A DNA stretch of 41,948 bases from a virus (lineage: Duplodnaviria; Caudoviricetes): positions 1 to 41,948 of IMG/VR virus record IMGVR_UViG_3300032320_000899; one strand, given 5' to 3'. This document shows, one piece after another, positions 35,709 through 41,948 of the stretch. A model generated the notes under the pieces. That model was not told the origin of the DNA, did not search any database, and worked only from the letters and a program-made list of their open reading frames with translations. How positions within the stretch are numbered: the stretch's first letter is position 1; each line of letters starts with the position of its first letter. The translations under genes were made by a program, and so were the position numbers.

Positions 35709-37445
35709 TTAATATCTATCATTTCCTTCGCCTGACGGTGCTCTTCTGTTTGGCAGAGTCGTACCGTAAGCTCTTGTTACCAAGTCAATGCGGAGCTGCT
35801 GTTCAGCCTGCTCAGACGCCATAGTTGCTTGGTCAATAATTGGCATAGGCATTGGAGGTAATCCTTCGCCTTCTTTTCCTGCTGGAGGGCCACCTGGTTG
35901 TCCAGGAGCCATAGGAACTGGTTGACCGCCAAGGCCACCAGAAAGCATGCCAGTAAGTTCAGCAATGGTATTTTCAATCTGAGTTTGTACCAGTTTGACG
36001 GCTCCATCAGCCTTAGCATCAGCTAGGAGTTCAACACGAATCTCATCCAGCTTCTCGTATGGGAATTCTTCACCAAGAGCGCGAAGAGCGCCAGCTTTTG
36101 ATTCTAGACCCAAAGACATCTTAGTTTGCACTTCGTTAAGCACAATTAACTTATCCAAAGGCAATGGTGGCAAGAAATGCACAAAGTTTTGGTAAGTTAA
36201 TGGATCGTTAATATCAAGCATTTGAGCTTCACCTTGAGCAAGGCCACCCTCAAGTAGAGGGTTCCACATCATGGTTTCAGGTTCTTTAATAGCAAGATTT
36301 AAGATAATAAGTTCATTAATACGTTGAATACCACGAGAGTATTGAGTAATCTTTTGATTCCATTTATTCATTAAAGGTTGGAATTGAATAGAAAGTGCAA
36401 CACCAGAAGTGTTAGAAATAGGTTGCGCCATACCTAGAGCGGTTTCTGGAACACCAGTAAGTTCATGCATGGATTTTTTCATAAGGGCTAGGAATTCCAT
36501 AGCACCCTTTAGACCCTGCGCGCCACCTTCAAGATTTTCTACGCGAGCATCTTTAGGAAGGCCGCCCCATACTTTGTTAGCGCCCTTTTCTAGCTGGTTA
36601 GCTTTGGCGCCGATGATGACAGTAACAGGAGCAGCATGATAATTAACAATATCTGCAATATCTGTCGAAACTTCATTGTAGGTGCGGTTAATAGGAATGA
36701 TGTCATGGCAATCAGAAAGCCCCCAAGGGGAACCAGAAACCCGAACATTAGGAATGTGAATAACTGGGATAACTCCGAGTGGGTTTGGGCGTGAGTCAAT
36801 AAGTTCATCGTTAATGTATTCCTCAATAATGTCATCGGTAAGAATTTCAGTATATGTAAAAACCTGCCGAGTTCCTTCAAGCGAGGTGCCCCAGAAACGG
36901 TACTTTAGCTTGAAACGGATTAACCGCTCGCGATCATGCGGGTGGAACTCGGGGAAACAAAACGAGGCATTAAGTGGAAGAATACGAACGTTACCAGCAT
37001 GCGCACGTCCTACGGAGTCTTCATACGCTTCTTCGTAAGCAACTTTAACAAAGCAATCGCCTGAGACTGCGCCTTGCTGGCCCATTTCCCAAAGGACAGT
37101 GCCTTTATCATTATCTTGTGACCAAACGCGCTCAAGCAAATCAGGGACAATTCCCTCAGTTTGCTTAGGGCTGCGGAAATGGCAACCGTGGCTAAACGAA
37201 AAGTTAATAATGTAATCAGTAAAGGCTCGGTAGTAGTTAAATACCATCTGGGTCTCTCCCGCTTGACGGCGGTAAGAAGCATGATGGCCTAGATACATTG
37301 CCCAGTTTAGGGAGTAACGGTTTAGACGAGGACCGTGAACCTCAAACTCTTCATCTGCAAGTTCTACAAGACCAAGAGGAGAAATTGAGATGGTAAGGTC
37401 AGATGACGCCGCCCTATAACTGGGGGGCGAAAAGTCAATACTCAC
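35709..37445 (-). CDS. Portal protein (SPP1 gp6-like)
   Basis: YLGHH, FNYYRAFTD, NPLGVIPVIHIPN, WGLSDCHDII, TGVPETALG..SNTSGVAL. Confidence 0.92.
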   Translation of the reverse strand: MSIDFSPPSYRAASSDLTISISPLGLVELADEEFEVHGPRLNRYSLNWAMYLGHHASYRRQAGETQMVFNYYRAFTDYIINFSFSHGCHFRSPKQTEGIVPDLLERVWSQDNDKGTVLWEMGQQGAVSGDCFVKVAYEEAYEDSVGRAHAGNVRILPLNASFCFPEFHPHDRERLIRFKLKYRFWGTSLEGTRQVFTYTEILTDDIIEEYINDELIDSRPNPLGVIPVIHIPNVRVSGSPWGLSDCHDIIPINRTYNEVSTDIADIVNYHAAPVTVIIGAKANQLEKGANKVWGGLPKDARVENLEGGAQGLKGAMEFLALMKKSMHELTGVPETALGMAQPISNTSGVALSIQFQPLMNKWNQKITQYSRGIQRINELIILNLAIKEPETMMWNPLLEGGLAQGEAQMLDINDPLTYQNFVHFLPPLPLDKLIVLNEVQTKMSLGLESKAGALRALGEEFPYEKLDEIRVELLADAKADGAVKLVQTQIENTIAELTGMLSGGLGGQPVPMAPGQPGGPPAGKEGEGLPPMPMPIIDQATMASEQAEQQLRIDLVTRAYGTTLPNRRAPSGEGNDRY

Positions 37446-37486
37446 CTAATTACCTCAATTCTAATCTAACAAATACTAGCATACTA

Positions 37487-37795
37487 TTAACGATAACGTT
37501 CTCCACGGATAACTCCGCGACCAACATCCTTGGTAACTTTTTCTTTTTTTGCCGCAATCTGAGCATCCATGCGTTCTTGCACGTAATCTCTAAACCGTGG
37601 GTCAATTTGACTTGCCTTATCAACAAACTTTCCACCCACTTGCGCGTAGTGTGAATGAACCCAGTGAGCAGAAGCAGGTGATGGGTAAACACGAAATCGC
37701 GCTTTAGCTTGTGCAACATACATGTTCCACAATTTAGGGTTAGCAGGAAGCTGCTTCGGTCCTTCTTGGACCGCTTTACCTTGAATAAGAGCCAT
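37487..37795 (-). CDS. Basic hypothetical protein
   Basis: PANPKLWN...AKARFRVYPSPASAHWV..Y...GGKF; RBS TAAGGA. Confidence 0.75.
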   Translation of the reverse strand: MALIQGKAVQEGPKQLPANPKLWNMYVAQAKARFRVYPSPASAHWVHSHYAQVGGKFVDKASQIDPRFRDYVQERMDAQIAAKKEKVTKDVGRGVIRGERYR

Positions 37796-37810
37796 AGTAA
37801 GTCCTTAAAG

Positions 37811-37847
37811 ACCTCCCCCCTCCCCGTAAGGATGGGAAGGGGGAAGT
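37811..37847 (-). other. 14-bp intergenic RNA hairpin with an anti-SD loop (AUCCUUACG)
   Basis: ACTTCCCCCTTCCC / GGGAGGGGGGAGGT; two G-U pairs that work only on the minus strand. Confidence 0.7.
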
Positions 37848-37865
37848 TCCTAGGGTAGCGAACGC

Positions 37866-38270
37866 CTAGTCTTGTACAACAGATGGGTTTAGGCGGAACT
37901 GGTGTCCACCATCACGGAAGACCTCTTCAAACACGTTCTGTCCATGATCTGCAAAAGCATTGCTTGCAAAATCTTGAAGAACGGTTGGGGCTTCCACCCA
38001 GGCTGCTGAGCCTACGTGAGCGCGCTCGCGCATTGTTTCTTCAGGGTACTTTTCGAAAACGTTCTGATTATGGTTTGGACGACCAGGGGCAGGAATGTAT
38101 CCCTGCATAGCTCCCTTGGTGAATTCCATTGGAACGTCAGTATCCGTAGCAAGACCTTCTTCAAAACGAAGTGGGCCACGCTGTCCTGGAAGGGCAGGGC
38201 TTACGGTACGGTCGTATACAGTACCTGGACGCTCAGGGAACTGAGGCGTAGGTGCGATGTTCATTGACAT
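37866..38270 (-). CDS. Hypothetical protein between terL and portal (likely start MSMNIAP)
   Basis: RBS TAAGGAG before the ATG at 38270; downstream of a late-promoter motif. Confidence 0.75.
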   Translation of the reverse strand: MSMNIAPTPQFPERPGTVYDRTVSPALPGQRGPLRFEEGLATDTDVPMEFTKGAMQGYIPAPGRPNHNQNVFEKYPEETMRERAHVGSAAWVEAPTVLQDFASNAFADHGQNVFEEVFRDGGHQFRLNPSVVQD

Positions 38271-38314
38271 ATGGAGAATCTCCTTAAAGTTAAGGTTGAG
38301 GTACCTCACTAAAA

Positions 38315-38349
38315 ATTATCCCTGTTAATGAGGCTTTAGTCAGAGTAAA
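38315..38349 (-). promoter_or_regulatory. Putative late promoter GTTTA-N25-GATAAT
   Basis: Shared fixed-spacing motif just after the terL stop. Confidence 0.55.
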
Positions 38350-38355
38350 CTCAAA

Positions 38356-39948
38356 TTACCTAGAGAAAAATGGTGAAGACGAAACTTCGGCTTCTGGCAT
38401 GGTCATATCTAGTGTTAGACAGCACGCAATGGCTAAAGAATCAGCAAAGTCATCATGTGCATGAGCTTCGTCTGGAGCTTGCGCCGTAAAGTTAGGGCCT
38501 TGGAATTTAGTCTCTAAATCGGTCATTTGCTGATAAAAACGTTTATAGGTACGCAATCTACGGGTTTTAGCGTGTGCTGGAAATCCAATCATACGACGGT
38601 CAATAAGAGCTTTTAAGTGCTTCCAACGTTTTGACTGCTCAGATTGGCTACTGCTTAAAGGAACAACTTCTGCTCTTGGTAAAAGAAGCTTAAGGCGCTG
38701 GGCTACTGCGTCACCTACGCCGTTTGCATCAACTCCGACAATTAACACATTGTAGTTGGCAAGGAAGTTTACAATTTGGAAGTACTGGTCTTCCCAGTCA
38801 TCGCCTTGAATCTCAAGCCAGTTAAGTACGCGATGGTCGTAGTAACCAAACTCATCAGGTCGGTCCCAATCAACCCAGACAACGGTAACTACTGTACTGT
38901 CCATCTTTCGAGCAGGGTCAATACCAACTACTACAGGTGTACGGTGCCAAGCACGCACCACTTCTTGACTGGTATCTCCAAGTTCATCCATAACAGTAGA
39001 TGTAACAAACATACCTTTTTCAAGCATCCATTTGCAGTTGTAAGACATCTGGAACTCATCAGAGTCTTCACCAATGCGAAGCATTTCTTTACGGACGAAC
39101 TTGTCGTATTTAGGATTAACCTTAGATACATCTCGCCAGTCCCATTGAAAATGGTTTTGGCGTTTTCCACGGCTAGTTTGGCGTCTTTTATTTAACTGAA
39201 TAGACCGATAAAAGTTATTCTTAACATTAGTAGGGGTTCCAGTTTTAACCATAGTTCCCGAGTAATATGCAAGCATAGGGCTAATAGACTTTGAAACAAT
39301 AAAGTCATCTGCGCCTTGGCACTCATCAATAACAATAAGGTGAAACGACTTAGATTCAATCTTTGCCCGCGGGTTAGCGGTCATCATCATGAGGCTACTG
39401 CCAGACTTTTTAAGTTTGATTTGGCGTGTAATACCTGGTACTTTTCCTAGAGAATCGTCAATCTCTGGATCACCTAATATTTCTTGGGCTCTTTCAGAAG
39501 TAAGGCGATTTACAGTTCTACCAAATAAAGTTTCTACCTGGCCCTCAACAGGAGCAAACATACCAATCCAGATACCGTCTTTAAACTGCCCAAGTAAGTC
39601 TGGGTACATTTGGGCAAGGCGTGGAAGTAAAACCATAAGTGTGGCTACTGTGTTAGCAATGGTCTCTGATTTTCCAGATTGGCGAGCCGCAAGGGCGGTA
39701 ATTTCTTCGCCGTCATTAATAATTACCGATTCCATAATACGACGCGCTAAAGGAAGTTGATAGGGGTGTAAAGAGTGCCCTACAAGAGCGTCCATAAACT
39801 CAAGCATGTTATCAATAAGTTTATTTACAAACTCTTTAGATAGCTCATCCATATCTTCTTCATCAGAAGAGTCTTCAGTAACTAACCCGTCAAGGAATTC
39901 TTCTTCTTCTGAACCCTCTTCATAAAAGAGGTGTTGAGTTTCGCTCAT
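38356..39948 (-). CDS. terL: Terminase large subunit
   Basis: LHPYQ, AARQSGKS (Walker A), LIVIDECQ (Walker B), TGTP, VGIDPAR and HDDFADS nuclease motifs. Confidence 0.95.
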   Translation of the reverse strand: MSETQHLFYEEGSEEEEFLDGLVTEDSSDEEDMDELSKEFVNKLIDNMLEFMDALVGHSLHPYQLPLARRIMESVIINDGEEITALAARQSGKSETIANTVATLMVLLPRLAQMYPDLLGQFKDGIWIGMFAPVEGQVETLFGRTVNRLTSERAQEILGDPEIDDSLGKVPGITRQIKLKKSGSSLMMMTANPRAKIESKSFHLIVIDECQGADDFIVSKSISPMLAYYSGTMVKTGTPTNVKNNFYRSIQLNKRRQTSRGKRQNHFQWDWRDVSKVNPKYDKFVRKEMLRIGEDSDEFQMSYNCKWMLEKGMFVTSTVMDELGDTSQEVVRAWHRTPVVVGIDPARKMDSTVVTVVWVDWDRPDEFGYYDHRVLNWLEIQGDDWEDQYFQIVNFLANYNVLIVGVDANGVGDAVAQRLKLLLPRAEVVPLSSSQSEQSKRWKHLKALIDRRMIGFPAHAKTRRLRTYKRFYQQMTDLETKFQGPNFTAQAPDEAHAHDDFADSLAIACCLTLDMTMPEAEVSSSPFFSR

Positions 39949-39990
39949 GTATCTTCCAAACTAATAAAACCGATAAATAAAGAATACAGG

Positions 39991-40077
39991 AATGAAAGAG
40001 CTCTAGCGTGTAAGAAAGGAGGAAGAAACACGCTAGAGCCCAGTTGCCACCTTAGGAGAGGTAAAGAAGTGAGGCTT
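39991..40077 (-). ncRNA. Candidate sRNA (or structured terL leader) with two anti-Shine-Dalgarno loops
   Basis: Extended -10 TGcTATAGT upstream; hairpin with loop CUCCUA; 14-bp hairpin with a 16-nt loop UUCUUCCUCCUUUCUU; U-rich tail. Confidence 0.6.
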
Positions 40078-40081
40078 TATT

Positions 40082-40090
40082 ACTATAGCA
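40082..40090 (-). promoter_or_regulatory. Extended -10 promoter TGcTATAGT
   Basis: Overlaps the stop of the upstream ORF; expected start falls at the first hairpin of the candidate sRNA. Confidence 0.55.
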
Positions 40091-40334
40091 TAGAGCGCTT
40101 ATTTATCTCAGATGCCAAAGCATGTATAGCTTCAGCACCTAAAGACAAATCTTGTAAACTAACTACGTCGTTAGGGTTTTTTTGGTATCTGCCCAGTGCT
40201 CGGTTAGTCTCTGAAATAGCCTGCTCTGTCCATAGATATAAGTCTGCGGTAGCTAATTTTGCTACTCTATTGGCTACTTTCTCAGAAAAAGGTTTGTCCC
40301 AGTTTTCTTTTTTAACCCAAAACTTTAGTCCCAT
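40083..40334 (-). CDS. Hypothetical helical protein (terminase small subunit candidate by position only)
   Basis: 83-aa ORF overlapping its upstream neighbour, last ORF before terL. Confidence 0.6.
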   Translation of the reverse strand: MGLKFWVKKENWDKPFSEKVANRVAKLATADLYLWTEQAISETNRALGRYQKNPNDVVSLQDLSLGAEAIHALASEINKRSML

Positions 40335-40588
40335 TCCAATAACTCCTCTAGTGGTACGTCTAGTTCTCTACCCCAAATTGCTGCGGTAAGGGCGTCATCC
40401 TCAGTTTGAGCTTCGCCCCATTTTCCTATAACAAACCCTGGCTTGGTAAACGGTACACGAAAAACTAGGCAACTGCCTCGACGATAAGGCTCTTCAATTT
40501 CGTGAGACCATCCCTTTTCAAAAACTGGAAGAACATTCCTATGAGGGTATTTAATTACTTGTCCGTATAGTGGTCCAATTAAATTCAT
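40325..40588 (-). CDS. Hypothetical protein
   Basis: 87-aa ORF, TAATG-coupled. Confidence 0.7.
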   Translation of the reverse strand: MNLIGPLYGQVIKYPHRNVLPVFEKGWSHEIEEPYRRGSCLVFRVPFTKPGFVIGKWGEAQTEDDALTAAIWGRELDVPLEELLEWD

Positions 40589-41121
40589 TAAAGTTTTCCT
40601 CCAAAAGGGGTATTTCTACTGTTGTACCCAGGTACATAAGTTTTGCGCTGAGTTTTTTCCGCTATTTTAGATAGGCCTTTATATGCAGCACTTTGCCTAG
40701 AGCTAATAGAAGCAGGTCCCATACTATCATCAGGCCAACCAGAAAGAGGGCCACTTTCAATAAAGTCATGTTTAGAGGCAGAATCTCTAAAGTCATCCCA
40801 TAATCTAGGGTTTACATCGTAGTAGTTCCACACCGTTCCGTCTCTAAATTGGACGGTAAGAATAAAGTTTTTTGCGTCATACCCAGCAGTTCTTGTTCTT
40901 GGGCGATCAGGATTTGTTGTAGAAGTTTGTGTTGATTGAGGAGCCCAAACAGTTCCATTTCTAGCTTTACTTGGAGTTTTTACTTCAAGGTCCTCGTAAG
41001 CGCGACGCTCATCTTCATACGTGTTTGGATCATCCCTAATGCCTTCAATAAAGGAATCGTACTTAGATTCGGCTTTAGTAGGGTTTAAAGTCCTTCGTAA
41101 ATCATCTGGGTCTGCAACCAT
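40588..41121 (-). CDS. KTSC-domain protein
   Basis: TAGYDAKNFILTVQFRDGTVWNYYDVNPRLWDDFRDSASKHDFI matches the KTSC pattern GYD....L.V.F..G..Y.Y..V....W..F..A.S. Confidence 0.8.
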   Translation of the reverse strand: MVADPDDLRRTLNPTKAESKYDSFIEGIRDDPNTYEDERRAYEDLEVKTPSKARNGTVWAPQSTQTSTTNPDRPRTRTAGYDAKNFILTVQFRDGTVWNYYDVNPRLWDDFRDSASKHDFIESGPLSGWPDDSMGPASISSRQSAAYKGLSKIAEKTQRKTYVPGYNSRNTPFGGKL

Positions 41122-41387
41122 TAGATATCACACTCGTGGAGGTCTAGTTCGTCTTCCCGAACTCTATCATGGCAGTCATAGCATCTATACCATTTGAGCG
41201 GTTCAAAATTATTTTGGGCAGTGGCTCCCATAGGAAAGTTTTCCCCATCTTCACCAAATGCTTGTTCATATTCATAATTAATAGGCTCTTGCCTAAACAA
41301 TTCAGCGGGAAACGGGCCTCGTGGGTTATGTACCGCATTAGGCACGGGGTGACCCTGAAACGTTTGGATTGTTCTAATTACGTGCAT
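41121..41387 (-). CDS. Hypothetical protein with C-terminal CxxC...HxC zinc finger; probably leaderless
   Basis: CYDC...LDLHEC; TATTCT hexamer 6 nt before the ATG and no SD. Confidence 0.7.
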   Translation of the reverse strand: MHVIRTIQTFQGHPVPNAVHNPRGPFPAELFRQEPINYEYEQAFGEDGENFPMGATAQNNFEPLKWYRCYDCHDRVREDELDLHECDI

Positions 41388-41401
41388 AGTCTAAGAATAG
41401 C

Positions 41402-41426
41402 AAAAGGGCGCCCCGTAGGGCGCCCT
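41402..41426 (-). terminator. Rho-independent terminator after the holin-like gene
   Basis: AGGGCGCCC-TACG-GGGCGCCCT then TTT. Confidence 0.8.
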
Positions 41427-41436
41427 AAGCCTAGTA

Positions 41437-41769
41437 TTAGCTAAGGTGTGTGTCTGGAGTAATTGTAGTTCCGTCTTCATCGTAAAGAATTTCTTCAGCT
41501 TTTTCAGCAAGTTCTGCTGTAGATACTGCAGCTACTTCCTCGTCTTTAATCTTAGAAAACGCTGAGTTAATTTCAGCGTCAGTTAAGTTGCCATCTTTAA
41601 GGAAAGCACGCGCTAAATCTTCAGCAACTACAGCTACTGCCATGATTGCTGCAAGTGCTGCAGTTTTCCAAGTTTCAAGACCTATAATTGAGCCAGCACC
41701 AATTGTACCGAGTGCTGTTGCGATTACTACTGCGATCATTCTTGTAGAGATATTTTTTACTTTTTTCAT
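41437..41769 (-). CDS. Holin-like membrane protein
   Basis: Basic N-terminus, two hydrophobic helices (MIAVVIATALGTIGAGSIIG; TAALAAIMAVAVVA), acidic tail. Confidence 0.6.
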   Translation of the reverse strand: MKKVKNISTRMIAVVIATALGTIGAGSIIGLETWKTAALAAIMAVAVVAEDLARAFLKDGNLTDAEINSAFSKIKDEEVAAVSTAELAEKAEEILYDEDGTTITPDTHLS

Positions 41770-41787
41770 TTTAGACCTTTCCTAAGG

Positions 41788-41948
41788 TTATTGTTCGTCT
41801 ACGTGCTGCTCAAACTTGCCTTCAAGTTTGCTCAGTTTTAGTTCTATACGGTTAACCGCATCTCTCATGCTTGAGCCGCCATTTGGTCGGTACTGCTCTT
41901 CTAGTTTTTCCAAACGAGCAGTAATTTTGTTAAAAAATTTAAATCCAC
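41788..41948 (-). CDS. 3' part of an actinophage-type lysis-cassette protein (DUF2746-like), truncated by the window edge
   Basis: ...GFKFFNKITARLEKLEEQYRPNGGSSMRDAVNRIELKLSKLEGKFEQHVDEQ*; NGGSS(M/L)RD motif; not in ORF track. Confidence 0.7.
   Translation of the reverse strand, partial: GFKFFNKITARLEKLEEQYRPNGGSSMRDAVNRIELKLSKLEGKFEQHVDEQ

Larger units (their letters stand above)
1..41948 (-). mobile_element. Tailed bacteriophage genome segment (myovirus-type), probable actinobacterial host
   Basis: Co-oriented terminase, portal, capsid, sheath, tube, baseplate and replication genes; no host housekeeping genes; many TAATG/ATGA overlaps. Confidence 0.97.

Noticed and set aside
39985-40075. 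Plus-strand CsrB/RsmZ-like sponge (GGA in loops)
   Set aside because: The stem has a G-U pair on the minus strand but an A-C mismatch on plus, and the promoter and U-tail are on minus; not fully excluded
40083-40334. Firm call of terminase small subunit
   Set aside because: Position only; no recognisable HTH or TerS motif
882-41785. Plus-strand ORFs and nested minus-strand ORFs in the supplied track
   Set aside because: They are shadows of well-supported minus-strand genes, with no RBS or recognisable motifs
1-41948. tRNA genes, introns/inteins, alternative genetic code, integrase/att site
   Set aside because: No cloverleaf, splicing motifs or oversized core genes seen; TAA, TAG and TGA all end genes at sensible boundaries; no recombinase in the window

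Overview
The whole window is part of a tailed dsDNA phage genome with a contractile tail. All credible genes are on the minus strand. In transcription order (high to low coordinates): lysis-type membrane genes, small ORFs, terminase large subunit, portal, scaffold, major capsid, head-tail adaptor, a ~8 kb array of fibre genes, head closure, an HNH endonuclease, Cys/Lys-rich mini-proteins, an eCIS/T4-like tail module (terminator, sheath, tube, chaperone, tape measure, hub, spike, gp25, J, wedge/fibres), and a lambda-O/DnaC/DnaB-type replication module with an internal iteron origin. Several motifs suggest a low-GC actinobacterial host (inference). Main unexplained signals: (1) a candidate ~90 nt sRNA upstream of terL whose loops display anti-Shine-Dalgarno sequence matching the actinobacterial 16S 3' end; (2) repeated 10-codon stubs of a small gene's 5' end at fibre-cassette junctions; (3) three coupled Lys-rich mini-proteins, two with a HypB-like N-terminal CxxCGCG motif; (4) a likely +1 frameshift (UUU_CGC) in the tail chaperone; (5) a spike whose OB-fold is split by a C1q/TNF-like domain and has no needle; (6) a fixed-spacing TTTA-N25-(-10) late-promoter motif. 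No tRNA, rRNA, CRISPR array, integrase or reverse transcriptase was seen. All family calls come from motif recognition by eye, not from database searches.
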